A stretch of DNA of 45,821 bases, taken from contig NC_068981.1 in NCBI RefSeq assembly GCF_001194135.2, forward strand, positions 118,976,036 to 119,021,856, written 5' to 3'. This stretch comes from Octopus bimaculoides (Eukaryota). A program made the translations under genes and the position numbers. The notes beneath the pieces are model-generated. The model searched no databases. It was not told the DNA's origin and worked only from the letters and a program-made list of their open reading frames with translations. Numbering within the stretch: the first letter of the stretch is position 1; each line of letters starts with the position of its first letter. Positions 12,700-25,199 of the stretch are shown piece after piece.

Positions 12700-14085
12700 A
12701 GATATATTATTAATAGTGTGCGGCCGACATGAACAGTGATGGGAGATTGCAAAATTTCTGAAGAGTTTGTCTGTATGGTGTTAATAAGTATCTTTTTCTA
12801 CTCTAGGCACAAGGCCCGAAATTTTGGGGGAGGGGCCAGTCGACTAGATCGACTTCAGTATGCAACTGTTACTTAATTTACCGACTCCGAAAGGAGTAAA
12901 GGGAAAGTCGGCCTCGGCGGAACTTGAACTCAGAACGTAAAAACAGACGAAATATCGCTAAGTATTTCGCTAAGTATTTCGTGCTAACGTTTCTGCCAGC
13001 TCACCGCCTCGGTGTTAATAAATATTATTGACCTAATTATCAAAGGTGTGATTTCTTGATGTCTTTGGTGAGTATCAATTATCTATAAAACGATTTTTGG
13101 TAAAAATATTTCGACCAAACATATGTTTTGATTTAATCAAATGTTTCTATTTTGATTCATTGTAAACTTTAGTTGGATTAAATGTTTCTTTCAATAGCAA
13201 AAAGAGTAACCATCATTAAAAGTTTTCTAATGTAATATTTAGTGCAATATCGATAAAACAAAATAGAAGACAAAATGTATTAAAAGTTATGTGAGTTAAA
13301 GGAAGATTTCTTACCAAGATGTATAAGAGATATTAGGAAATCTTATCTATTCCATGAACAATCAGATATTAAAAACGTATTAACTCTTTATACTTTAATA
13401 TCTTTTTTCTTTAATAAAATATAGAAGACTTTGCTAAGGAAAATATTACATATCATAGATATTTTACAGTTAACTGTAAGCAACAACTGTTTGTTGTCAT
13501 GACGACAGACACCTGATCAGACCGTTGTATTTTGCTGAAGAGAACAAGATATCGCATTGTAGTGTTAACACGTCATTATCGTCAATTCATACCAGAACTG
13601 ATTGTCATTTACTTCTCCTTGATGTTCATTTAAATAAGTTCCAGTATTTATTTTCAATGCAGATTCCCTAAACCAGTAAATATACAGCGTTTTAACAATC
13701 ATCGTTCTACGATCGACTCCTATCTCTACAAGTTCATGTGGTGGTGGTGGCACGAAAATTGCGACGCTTGCAAAAACAGTTTGGATGCATAACACAATTT
13801 CATTGTTATTGACATGTCTTTTCTTTCTTTCATTTCAGAACATTTCATTCTATTTTCATATTCATATTTAAAGTTCTATAGCATTTTCATTTTATTTCAC
13901 TATTTTTCTTTTTTTTATATGGGCTTTGTTATGTTTTTTCATAAAATTCATTTTATCTAAAATAATTCCTAAATTTTCCAAATATTTTCAGTTTCTGTCA
14001 AAAAATGGAAATTGTGACTTCATGTGTGTTGTATAACAGAGGCTTCCGAATGGCCTAAAACTTGAAACTTTAAGTGTTTATGAGT
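12700..14085 (-). promoter_or_regulatory. Cassette U3 (well preserved)
   Basis: X-box-like GTTGTCATGACGAC at 13493-13506, gaacaatcagatatt at ~13356, donor CATCTTG|GTAAG at 13314-13310, ACGTCA at 13570-13575. Aligns with U4 and U6 over about 1 kb. Confidence 0.7.
12790..13010 (-). mobile_element. Main SINE copy inside the intron-like part of U3
   Basis: Family sequence flanked by the TSD ggtgttaataa at ~12778 and ~13011. Confidence 0.9.
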
Positions 14086-14300
14086 GTAGGTGCATTGCTT
14101 AGTGGTTAGAGTGTTGGCTTCATGATCGTAAGATTTTGGTTTTGATTCCTGGACCTGGTGACGCGTTGTGTTCTTGAGCAAAACACTTCATTTCGTGTTG
14201 CTCCAGTCCACTCAGCTGGTAAAAATGAGGAACACTGCAGCGGACCAGCGTCCCGTCCAGGTGTGGAATTTATACGCCACACAAACCTGGAAACCAGCCT
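14085..14300 (+). mobile_element. Second tRNA-derived SINE type
   Basis: cttagtggttagagtgttggc...gattcctggacc head followed by gtgttcttgagcaaaacacttcatttcgtgttgctccagtccactcagctg core. Confidence 0.7.
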
Positions 14301-14329
14301 TACGAGTCTATACAGGGTCCTATCAGAAA

Positions 14330-14780
14330 TAATTGTCACTACACTTTCTGGTTAGACTCCCAAGCATAACCAACTGAGACTATGGATACTATTCGATCAT
14401 CTCGTTCTTGATCTACCCTTAAGTCTCTTGCTGGCTAACTTGGCTTGAAGAAGTCGTCTAGCGATTCTTTATTGTGACCTCTCAATGCGAAGAATTAGCA
14501 GCTCGACCTGGAGAGATCCCTCCTGATCTCCAAACTCTGCACCCTGTCGAGTAACGTTACCCCCAAAATCCTTCGTAGGAACTCCATTTCGACCGCTTTT
14601 ATTCGCAATGTACTATTTCCGTCATTACCGAATATTGATGACCGTAGGTAAGAATAAGCGCGAAAACTGAATTGAACAAAGCGTGTTTGGCTATTTTACC
14701 AACCTCTCATCTTCTGAAGATCGAATGCTAGAGCTGTCACATTACTGCACTGGTACCTGTAATTCTAACATCATATTTTG
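14330..14780 (-). mobile_element. Decayed RTE LINE 3' fragment
   Basis: Minus-strand translation ILTYGH...EMEFLRRILGVTLLDRVQSLEIR...KR..GRSRTR. Confidence 0.8.
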
Positions 14781-15049
14781 CTTCCTACTTTCCATCATTC
14801 GTGAATAAAGCTCCGAGATACTTAAACTTATTTATTTGTCTCAGTGAAATTCCACTAACATACACAATGCACTGGGTAGAATCAAAATGTAAGACTTAAA
14901 TGTGATATCGATAAAACGAAGTAGATGGCAATACATATTAAAAGCTATCTGAGTTCAAAGAAGATTCTTATTATGATATGTACAATATATACCATTCAGA
15001 AAATCTTAACTACTCCAAGAACAATTAGATATTGAAAAACGCAAATATT

Positions 15050-15210
15050 CTTTTCTACTCTAGGCACAAGGCCCAAACTTTTTAGGGAGGGGGCCAGTCG
15101 ATTAGATCGACCCCAGTACGCAACTGGTACTTAATTTATCGATCCCGAAAGGATGAAAGACAAAGTCGACCTCGGCGGAATTTGAACTCAGAACGTAAAG
15201 ACAGCCAAAA
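15050..15210 (-). mobile_element. 5'-truncated main SINE inserted into the exon-like part of U4
   Basis: 15-bp TSD aaaaacgcaaatatt at 15035-15049 and 15211-15225. Confidence 0.9.
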
Positions 15211-15583
15211 AAAAACGCAAATATTATATGTACTCAGATATTTTGAAGTTTAGCATCAGATGTTGTCATAACAACAGACACATGAACAAAAACGTTGTTA
15301 TATTTTGCTAAAAAAAAACGAGCTTATACGTTGTGGTATTAAGACGTCATTATCATCAAATCGTGCCAGAATGGATTGTGTCAGGTAAATCACCCTGATG
15401 TTCATTGACATGAGTTCCAGAATTTGTTATTGATCCAGATTCCCTCAGTTAGTAATTAATCAGCACTGCGACGCTTATCGCTTTACGATAGACTGGTATC
15501 TTTTCAAGTTCATTATGATAGCGCAGGTACGAAAATTGCGGCCTCTTCCGAAAACATATAGCGTAGCTATATGTTACGTTATA

Positions 15584-15923
15584 GTGGAGGCGCAATGGCC
15601 CAGTGGTTAGGGTAGCGGACTCGCGGTCATTGTGAGTGTTTATTGAGCGAAAACACCTAAAGCTCCACGAGGCTCCGGCAGATGGTGGCGAACCCTGCTG
15701 TACTCTATAACCTCAACTTTCTCTCACTCTTACTTCCTGCTTCTGTTGTGCCTGTAATTCGAAAAGGTCAGTTGTGTCACGCTGAATATCCCCGAGAACT
15801 ACGTTAAAGGTACGCATGTCTGTGGAGTGCTCAGCCACTTGCACGTTAACTTCACGAGCAGGCTGTTCCGTTGATCGGATCAACTGGAACCCTTGACGTC
15901 GTAAGCGACTGAGTGCCAACAAC
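15584..15923 (+). mobile_element. Third tRNA-derived SINE type
   Basis: Head ggcgcaatggcccagtggttagggtagcggactc, tail ...ggaacccttgacgtcgtaagcgactgagtgccaacaac, and TSD atgttacg(t/c)tat on both sides. Confidence 0.8.
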
Positions 15924-16433
15924 ATGTTACGCTATGTTTTTTTGTTTCCTTTTGGTAAATATTACATATTTCATATTTAAAGATTCATTTTATTTCATTA
16001 ATTTTTTTTCATTAAATTCGTTTTTATTATTTTCATTCAAACATTTTCTTTAGGTTATTTTTTTTTTGTATTCGTCAGAAAAAAAAATTTAGCTCTCAAG
16101 GTTTTGTAATGCATTTTTTTTTTTTCTTATTACATAGAAATTATGATTTCCTGTATGCCGATAATAGTGACTTCCGAGTGGCTAAAATTCCAAACTTTGA
16201 CAGTTTGTAAATTTTTATTAATAATTTGTGACATTTTCGTAATTAATATATCCGACTAAGTCAGTCAAGAAAATTTGAACAAAATCTGACATTGTAACCG
16301 ATAAGAGTAAGAGCCAATATTTGTTTCTGTGTGTGATTGTGGACATAGGACTGTGAAAATTTTATTGAAATATATTTTAACTGAAATTTCTTTGTAAGTG
16401 TACGTATTATAATACCAGCGACTTTATTTATTT

Positions 16434-18270
16434 ACTAGCAGTATAACCCGACCTTGTCCGGGTGTGACTTATTACGCCATCTACGATAAGTCTTGCTAGG
16501 TGAAAATCAACTAAAAAGGAAAGCCTTACAACGAAAAAACCCTTATGATGTAAATATGTTCATAATTCAAAAGACGATGAAGTTAATAGGGAAAGTCTGA
16601 AGGCTGTTTTGCATAACATTATTAAGCGTACGTAAATTTCATCTGTCTAATTGGCTATAGAAATGCTTGTGCAAAACAACTTTTTGCGCTGCCCTGATTA
16701 TACATAGCAGGGTAATCCCTTTTCGCAGGAGCTAGGACGGCAATTTGTGATGAAGCAATTGCTGGTGATCTGTTGCTACACAGTTCTGNNNNNNNNNNNN
16801 NNNNNNNNNNNNNNNNNNNNNNNNNNNNNNNNNNNNNNNNNNNNNNNNNNNNNNNNNNNNNNNNNNNNNNNNNNNNNNNNNNNNNNNNNNNNNNNNNNNN
16901 NNNNNNNNNNNNNNNNNNNNNNNNNNNNNNNNNNNNNNNNNNNNNNNNNNNNNNNNNNNNNNNNNNNNNNNNNNNNNNNNNNNNNNNNNNNNNNNNNNNN
17001 NNNNNNNNNNNNNNNNNNNNNNNNNNNNNNNNNNNNNNNNNNNNNNNNNNNNNNNNNNNNNNNNNNNNNNNNNNNNNNNNNNNNNNNNNNNNNNNNNNNN
17101 NNNNNNNNNNNNNNNNNNNNNNNNNNNNNNNNNNNNNNNNNNNNNNNNNNNNNNNNNNNNNNNNNNNNNNNNNNNNNNNNNNNNNNNNNNNNNNNNNNNN
17201 NNNNNNNNNNNNNNNNNNNNNNNNNNNNNNNNNNNNNNNNNNNNNNNNNNNNNNNNNNNNNNNNNNNNNNNNNNNNNNNNNNNNNNNNNNNNNNNNNNNN
17301 NNNNNNNNNNNNNNNNNNNNNNNNNNNNNNNNNNNNNNNNNNNNNNNNNNNNNNNNNNNNNNNNNNNNNNNNNNNNNNNNNNNNNNNNNNNNNNNNNNNN
17401 NNNNNNNNNNNNNNNNNNNNNNNNNNNNNNNNNNNNNNNNNNNNNNNNNNNNNNNNNNNNNNNNNNNNNNNNNNNNNNNNNNNNNNNNNNNNNNNNNNNN
17501 NNNNNNNNNNNNNNNNNNNNNNNGTTTCCTTCAAGATTCCTACATGCTCGAAATGTACATACATCAAGGTATTTTTGTAGAAAATTTCACGAAAAAATAT
17601 TCATTTTCCTGGAAGTTAAGAGGAATTTAAGTGGAATTTCCGAAAATTGTCCCCCACCCTCCTCTCAAAACACTTTCACCGCAAATTTTTCTATATTCGG
17701 AATCTACATAATAAATAATATATGCATAGAAAATTTCATTAAAAAATATTCATTATTCTGAAAGTTATGACCTTCCAAAGTCGGTGGGTACAACTCTGTA
17801 GTTATGCAACATTGACGAACGTGAATGATTGTGTTTACTTGCACGTGTATGCATTTGAGAGAGCGAGAGAGCGAGAGAGGAAGAGGGGGAGATAGAGAAC
17901 GGGAGCAATGTGTATGTTGTTGTCACAGATTACGTATGTGTGGTTGTGTGTGTTTTTACGTATCAATGTTATGAAAAATTAGTAATGACGTTGTATGTAT
18001 CACTTTCTCTCTCTGTTGAGCGCGTGTGTAAGAACGCTGTTCCAGGTAGAAGGGAAGAAATATAAAAGTTGCTAGAAACAACAGCCAAATCTCCCTTAAA
18101 TCACACAAAGTAAACGGAATTTTAAAAATCTAATTACTGCACTGGAAAGTTCAGATCGAGAAAATTCCATTGATGTAAAAATTTTTACGAAAAAGTGGAA
18201 AATGTGGATTTCTATAAACTTTTAAAAAGGCTTCACACAGACACACAACTTCAGCTTAATATATTAAGAT
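16434..18270 (+). mobile_element. Non-autonomous Helitron/DINE-like element spanning a gap
   Basis: 5' actagcagtataacccgaccttgtccgggt (short stem) and 3' acagacacacaacttcagcttaatatattaagat; internal ~38-bp direct repeat at ~17581 and ~17731. The two ends may belong to different copies because of the gap. Confidence 0.6.
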
Positions 18271-18549
18271 AACATTTAAAACAAAGAAACAGAGGTAAAG
18301 AGAGATAAGAAAGGAAAAGAAAGAAAAAATGGGGGTATGGCAGCAGAAGATGGAGGGGAGGGGATGATGGGCCACATACCGCAGAACAAATGGGTGTGCT
18401 CAGTCGCGTCCCCTGGTAATGACTTCGATGGCATTGCCACGGAGAATGGCCAGCAACATACGCATTTGTTTAACCAACAGCTGCAGATGTGTTAGACATC
18501 TTGGGTACACCCTTGATTACTCAGTTATATTTCCATGTCTGTAGATCAC

Positions 18550-19070
18550 TGGATTGTTAAAATAGTTAGAGCATCGGACATAGTACGTTGCGATGTTTCT
18601 ACGGTCTTTACATTCTGATTTCAAACGCCAAAGTCAATTTTACCTTCTCTTCTTCAAGGAACAAATATGGCTTTCATTACATTTCTATATCTGTAGGTTA
18701 CTGTATTGTCAGAAATGTTAGAGAGTCAGACAAATGACAATTTCCTTGCAATATTTTTTTTTCACTTATTTACATTCTGAGTTCAAATCCCGCCGATGTG
18801 CGTCAACTTTGCCTATAATCCATCCAGGTTCGATAGAATTAGCTACTAGTCAGGTACTGAAATCGATTTAATCGACTAACTTCTTCTTCAAAATGTTTGA
18901 AGCATTGTGCCTATGTTAGAAATAATTGACAGGCTGGCAGAACCGTTAGAGCATCCGACAAAATTCCTAGCGCTAATATTTTCCAGTTCTTTACATTCTT
19001 GAGGTCAAACCCTACCTAAACTAATTTACTCTTTAATCCTTTTGAAGTCGATTGAACACAGTATCACTCT
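18550..19070 (+). mobile_element. Tandem of old, diverged SINE copies; paralogous tandems at ~20700-21100 and ~22590-22930
   Basis: Repeated gttagagcatcggac(a)...ttacattctgagttcaaat motifs, with a shared aacagctgcagat.tgttagacat left flank. Confidence 0.7.
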
Positions 19071-19084
19071 AGTCCGTTGTTCAT

Positions 19085-19900
19085 TCAACAAGAGCACCAT
19101 TCATTTAAAAACAAATCTCTAATGTTGACCACAAAATAAAACTGTAAGAACACCATATCGATGAAATGAAATATATGGCAAAATACATTAAAAATTGAAT
19201 GAGAGCAGAGAAGACTTTTTACCAAGGTCTATACCAGTGAGATATTCGGGAAACCTCCAGAGAATCTCATCAATTCCTGTGATCAATGAGATATTAAAAA
19301 GCGTTTCAATTTTTTTTTTTTTTTTGTGTCATAAAGAATTCTTCACTGAAGCAAATTATAAGAGGTCAGATATTTTTCAGTTAATTGGAAGCGTCAAATG
19401 TTGCCATGACGACAGACACGTGATTAGAAAGACCACTGCATTGTGCTAAAGACAACACGATATGGCATTGTAGTATTAAGACTACATTGTAATCATTGTA
19501 GTCATTATCGTCAAATCGTGCCAGAGTTGATCGTGTCGTTTACATACGTCTGGAGTTCACAGATGATATAAGTTCCAGTGTTTGTTATCGATTCAGATTT
19601 CTTAAACCAGTAAATAAACGGTGTCTGTGGCACTCACTCTTCGGCGATCGACTCGCATCTCTGCAGGTTCATTGTAATAGCACAGAACAACTACGACTAT
19701 ATCAGCTGATATCAATGTAAACTTTAATTTTCTTTCCTTGCCGACCTTTGAAGACAGTAAATGTAAATCAACATTATGATGTCATCAACGGCTGTGTATT
19801 CTGTGAATTTATATATGTATGTTTGAGAGAGAGAGAGAGGGGTAGTGTAAATATGTGTGTGTGTACGCGCGCGTATGTGTGTACGTGAGTACGTGTGCTT
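19085..19900 (-). promoter_or_regulatory. Cassette U5
   Basis: X-box-like GTTGCCATGACGAC at 19400-19413, donor ACCTTG|GTAAAA at 19222-19217, gatcaatgagatatt, and conserved upstream block gtcattatcgtcaaatcgtgccag...agttccagtgtttgttatcgattcagatt. Confidence 0.7.
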
Positions 19901-20129
19901 CGGAGTGAATCGGAACGAGTAATTACTTTCGAAGAAAAAACGACAAATTTTGTAGTGTCAAAGGAGAGTCAAAGAATCTTGCAAACCAAATATATAAAAA
20001 AGATATAGAAAAAAATATTGAAATATGAAACTGTTTTTGTTTCCCTGTTCTCTCCAGTACAAGCAAAAAGAAAATGTACACAGAATCATGTTTTCCGTTA
20101 ATATATGTGAAAATATAAGACTAATAATA

Positions 20130-20555
20130 ATCATTTCTACTCACGGTACCAGGACTGAAATTTGTGGTGGTTTGGGGATCTACTCGACTACATCAACCCC
20201 AGTGTTTCACTAGTACTTAATTTACCGGCCCCGAAAGAATGAAAGGCAAAGTCGATCTCGACAGTATTTGAGCTCAGAACGTAGCGACGGGCGAAATACC
20301 CCTAAGCATTTCGTCCAGCGTGCTAACGATTCTGTCAGCTCACCGCCTTCAGTAGCAATAATAATCCTTTCTCCTGTAGACACAAGGCCTGAAATTTGGT
20401 GGTGGGAAGGGATAAGTTGATTACATCGACCCCAGTGTTTCACTGGTGCTTAATTCATCGACGCCGAAAGGATGAAAAGCAAAGTCAACCTCGGCGGAAT
20501 TTGAACACAGAATATAAAGACGGATGAAATGCCGCTTAGCATATCGTCCAGCGTG
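20130..20555 (-). mobile_element. Two head-to-tail main SINE copies
   Basis: Two family matches (cacggtaccaggactgaaattt... and cacaaggcctgaaattt...). Confidence 0.9.
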
Positions 20556-21923
20556 CGAATGGATGGTCAGGGTAATAAAGGCTTTGATCATAGATTTGCT
20601 CGATTATAACTGACCATCTAAGCAACAGCTACAGATTTATTAAACATATAGGGTTGAATGTTAGTTATTTAAATATAACTTCCATTAAATTTCCAAGTCA
20701 GATTCATTAGAGCGTCGGACAAAATAATTTGCAGTATTTTCACATTCTGAGTTCAAATGACTCCGAGGTCAATTTTGCTTTCAATCCACCCAAGGTTGAT
20801 AGAATAAAGCCCCAGTCAAGAACGAAGCAAATTTAGTCGACTAACAACTTACCCCGCAAACTTTCAGGCCATGTGCCTATGTTAGAAGCGATTAGGGAGG
20901 AAGAATCATTAGAGCGTTCGACAAGAGCCTTGCAGTAATATTCCGGCACCTCACGTCCTGAGTTCAAATACAGCCGAAATCAACCATGCCTTGCATACTC
21001 TCCGGTTTGGTGATATAAAAGTACCACTCATGTAATATGGGCTCAATGGTATCGACTAATCCATCTCCTATACAAATAAGACATTGAGCCTATACTAGAA
21101 ACAATTATTTTTTCCAAATCTATTATTGAAATTTCTATATCTACCTTTCCAATAGCCACTAGAATTTACAGCAACATTAACAGGAACCTCGTGCAGCTCT
21201 CCGGCTTACCAGCTCCAATAAATCCGTCTAACCCATGCTAGAATGAGAAACGGTAATGGTGATGATGGTAACGTTGATGATGATGATGATGATGACGATA
21301 ATGGAGAATTCTTTTCTAGCATGCATATTCACTATGAATGAAATACTGAGATTATGACAGTTACTTTCGATAGGATCCTATGAAGGAGATGCTTGAATAC
21401 CTTATACCCCCAACGATTCTCCGAAGAATAACGGGTAGAGAAGATGGATGGTTCGATCGACTGACCGAAAAGAATAAGGTCCGATAGATTTTTATGTATG
21501 GCTATGGACGTAAAATACTGAGCGGATGTTACTGAAGGACTTTTTTGTCTGTGGACCCACGTGTATGAAAGTATATCATAGTGTGTATATATCTCTGTAT
21601 ACATGTGCGTGTGTTTATACTGTGTATGTCTCTCTGTGTCTTCGTTTCCTTCTTTTATACAACATATTCTCGATGGAAAAATGATGGTTTGTTACTGTTC
21701 CCTAGATACAGACTCGATTAATTACAACGGAGAAATAATAATATTCTTTATGAGTTTGTGTTTTTGTTACGTCTCTCTTTGTTACGTCATCCTGCTTCAG
21801 ACTGGAATAGGACATAACAATAAGCAACAACAACGATGACTGGTTCAGGTTATTTCAATTTAATATAACCAACTCAATTCTACTTCCTTGAAACCGTTTG
21901 AGTAAATTATGACATCATCAATG

Positions 21924-21926
<3 letters not shown>

Positions 21927-21985
<59 letters not shown>
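21927..21985. repeat. (GT)n microsatellite; others include (CT)n ~26430-26550, (AC)n ~29320-29410, (AAT)n ~31062-31110, TA/TATG tracts ~35200-36615, and (GA)n ~45300-45332
   Basis: Directly visible simple repeats. Confidence 0.95.
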
Positions 21986-21987
<2 letters not shown>

Positions 21988-23044
21988 TCATCTAAATATT
22001 TAGTAGTAAAAATAATGATTCCTAAGTTAGTCATAAGGTCATATTTAGGAAAACGTTACTGATATTTATTTTAGTGAGATTGAAAGGATTAAATGTAAAG
22101 TTGGCCCTAACAGAATTTGAAATTAGAACATAAATGGTGTTGATTTATATCACAAGCTAGTTTGTCTGTTGATTTATCTACTCTGTCATTCAGTTGTGAA
22201 TAATTATAGACCATCCCTGAAGGATGGGAGAGAAACGTTGGCTGTGCAGAGCATGAATATTATTAATGTAACTAATGATAGCAAGTAGTGTAGTGTTTTA
22301 TATGCATCCTCGCATAGGACGAGTAAAGGAGCCTCCACGCAGTCGTTCGATCTGCAAGAAACACTATCAAATCTCTCATTTCTAGTTTAGAAAAGAAACA
22401 CACACAAGATAACGTGACCTGAGACATGTTATGAACAGGAAAAAATACTAGATGATCATGGCTGGTAATCTTTTGATCATATATCTGCTCACTACAACTG
22501 ACCTTGATCTAAACAACAGCTGCAGATCTGTTAGACATAATGAATTCAATCTTGATTATTAAAGATAACATTCGTTACATTTCCGTATCCGAATCGTTAG
22601 AGCATCGGACAAAATGTCTTTTTCGGTTCTTTACATTCTGAGTTCTACCTACGCCGAAATCAACATTGCCTTTAATAGATCCGAGGTCAATAGAAGAAAG
22701 AACCAGTCAAGTCAATACGAAGTAGATTTCATCGATTAACACCCTCCCCAAAACATTTCAGGCCTTGTGTTTCTGGTATAAATTATTGATGGTTTTGACA
22801 GAATCATTAAAGCATAAGATTAATTGCCTTGCTGTGTTTATTCCAACTCATCACGTTCTGAACCTTAAATACCACCGTGGGCACTCTGCCTTTTACACTT
22901 TCGGAGATTCGTAAATTAAAGTACAACCCAAGTATATATACACATAAACACACACACCTCTATATCTACCTTTCCAGTTGTAACTCCAAGCAAAATACAA
23001 ATTAATTTGAGATGCCACTACCTTAAATTTTTATAATATTGGCT

Positions 23045-23225
23045 TAAAACTTTGGCGCAAGTCCAGCAACTTCTATAGAAGGTAAGTCAATTACATCGTC
23101 CCCAGTACGCAAATGATACTTATCTTATTGACCTCGGTGGAATTTGAACTCAGAACGTAAAGGCGAACGAAATGTCGCTGAGCATTTTTGCCCTTCGTGC
23201 TAACGATTCTACCAGCTTGTCGCCT
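23045..23225 (-). mobile_element. Main SINE copy with internal deletion
   Basis: ttggcgcaagtccagc...gaatttgaactcagaacgtaaagg...ctaacgattctaccagcttgtcgcc. Confidence 0.8.
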
Positions 23226-23499
23226 TAAACCTTTTCGCAATATTAGTGATTGGCTATAAATCTAATTTGACACAGTTTTACATTATTTCTAACATCGGTT
23301 GATGTAGACTATGAGAAATATTGAAATATAATATATTTCTGAGGAGATTTCAGACTGAAAATACAAAAATATGAAAATATATTCGGATACGTAGTAAACG
23401 AAATTGATAATTAATTAATATTCCTTACAACATATCTGAATATTCAAGGATTTTAATATTTCATTCATTAAATATTTAACTAACTTCAATGTCTATTAT

Positions 23500-25163
23500 C
23501 CCGTAGATTATATCTAAGAAGAAAATACACCTCAGATTTTAGACCAGAATCTGGGTGTATTCATGTCGCTGAATAAGAAATAAGGCCTTCATTTTCTAGC
23601 GGCTCTAGTTTTTGAGATAATGCACTATCATTAAATGTACTTATCGCAAAGAAAAATGGATTTACTACCCTTCACGGTAGAAAATTCTTTCTTTTTTTTT
23701 TTGCAACGATATTCATGGCTTGCTAACGGAAGTGGTTACAGTAATCCCACGACTATCGCGGGTTTTACGCTCCAAAACCCACCGCGATAAGTGAAAATCC
23801 GCGAAGCAGAAACAGCACTGTGCTGTAAATTTTTGGTTTATTATTTTTCTAATTTGTATATATTTATTTTATTATAAATGCAAAACCACACCGCAGAGGA
23901 ATCGACGTAAGCTTAAATAATAAACATCGATAGGTGAACTGCGATATGGCAAGGGATTACTGTATATCAAAATATGAACTAAGTGAATTTCTAAATGAAG
24001 CTTAAAATTCGTGTTTCTTTTCAATAGCAACAAATGTGGATCAATCCCAAATGGTTACTTTAACTATGACGATTGAATAGCAGCAAACAATTGCCCTAGT
24101 TTTAAAGAAGATATCATACTACGATCACCAATGACTAATCTGTGTGGGTCTTAAGATGGTGAATTTTTTTCCTGGGTCAGCAGAGTAGACACAACAATTA
24201 CCGCTGCTTTTTTTGTCTTTGTGATAGTAGATCTAAGTATGCGAAAGCAACGTTCCCTGAGAGAATTTATGGTTGTTGGATAAAAGAATGTAATCTCAGA
24301 ACCTTGGTCGACAGAGATAAAACCATTTTACCACCACTGAACATCAAACTAGGTTTAACGAAAACTTTTGTGGAAAGCTTTGATAATGGAAGCAGAAAAT
24401 TTACAGTGCTGAGTATGGAGACGATAAAAGGCAGATATTTTCGACGGGCCACAAATCAGGGAATTCATGAAAGACCCACTTTTCTAAGAGACAGTGTACA
24501 AAGCTGAGGCAGATACATGATCTTCGTTTACGCTGGTTATAAGAATTTTTCTTAGGAGTCATACAGCAGATGACTACTCTGAACTAGTGAAGAACATTCT
24601 TCTTTCCATCAACTTAACTGTAATATGGACTTCAAAGTGCATTACCTTCCAAGCCATTTGGATAGTTTCCCAGGCAAACGTGGAGAGCTAAGTAATTAAC
24701 AGGGCGAAATAGGGAAGAAAGGTGAGCACTGGGATACCCATATGATGGCGGATTGCTGCCGAACCATTCGACGTGATTGTCTTGGTGAAACTCATCATAA
24801 GAAATCTCTAAAATGCAGCTTTCGTGAGAAGTCTGAATAAATGAATATTGTATCATAGACAACTTTCTACGCTCGTTTCACCATTATCTGATTCCATGTG
24901 TATAATTTAATCATAAATAAGTGTTTCCTTTTTGTATGAAGCCATTTTTTACCCAGAGGGCAACAATTATGATTTTTTTTCTCTTCAATCATTGTACCTG
25001 ATCCAGCCTTGTGCCCGGTTGTATACATAGCAATTAGGAGTATAACATATCTCAGTAACCAGAGCTGACAGAGAAAAACTGATGGAATATTTAGAACCAG
25101 CGACCAAACTTTACTTAAAAACAGGTCTGATGTTCCAGGTTCCAAATTCTGTGTTCCTCCGTG
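23500..25163 (+). mobile_element. Decayed Chapaev3-like (CMC) DNA transposon; left boundary approximate
   Basis: Frameshifted transposase remnants GLKMVNF, ILPPLNIKLGLTKTFVES, IFDGPQIREFMKD, KVHYLPSHLDSFP and MMADCC. Subterminal ctctagtttttgagata / tatctcagtaaccagag inverted pair; 3' terminus ...gttcctccgtg. The family assignment is from memory of these motifs. Confidence 0.7.
23739..23962. mobile_element. Tigger/pogo-type MITE nested in the Chapaev-like element
   Basis: ta|cagtaatccc...gggattactg|ta: TIRs with TA TSD. Confidence 0.85.
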
Positions 25164-25199
25164 TTACCGATGTGTGATCGGCTTAAAAACAAATCAGAG

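Larger units (their letters stand above)
14870..16430 (-). promoter_or_regulatory. Cassette U4 (donor mutated, two SINE insertions)
   Basis: X-box-like GTTGTCATAACAAC at 15262-15275, gaacaattagatatt, GACGTCAttatcatcaaatcgtgccag. The donor position reads cttattatg instead of cttaccaag (~14967). Confidence 0.65.

Noticed and set aside
13565-13795. 76-aa ORF in cassette U3 as a member of a small-protein family
   Set aside because: Paralogous cassettes have non-triplet indels and stops in the same span.
15553-15575. 10-bp perfect hairpin aacatatagc-gta-gctatatgtt
   Set aside because: Short, AT-rich, absent from paralogous cassettes, and adjacent to a SINE insertion site.
14085-15640. tRNA-like heads at ~14095 and ~15590 as tRNA genes
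   Set aside because: No complete cloverleaf; they continue into SINE bodies, and one has a TSD.
16747-17630. Long ORFs containing X runs (also at 3.3, 35.4, 40.8, 42.5 and 44.5 kb)
   Set aside because: Artefacts of N gaps and flanking TA/TATG repeats.
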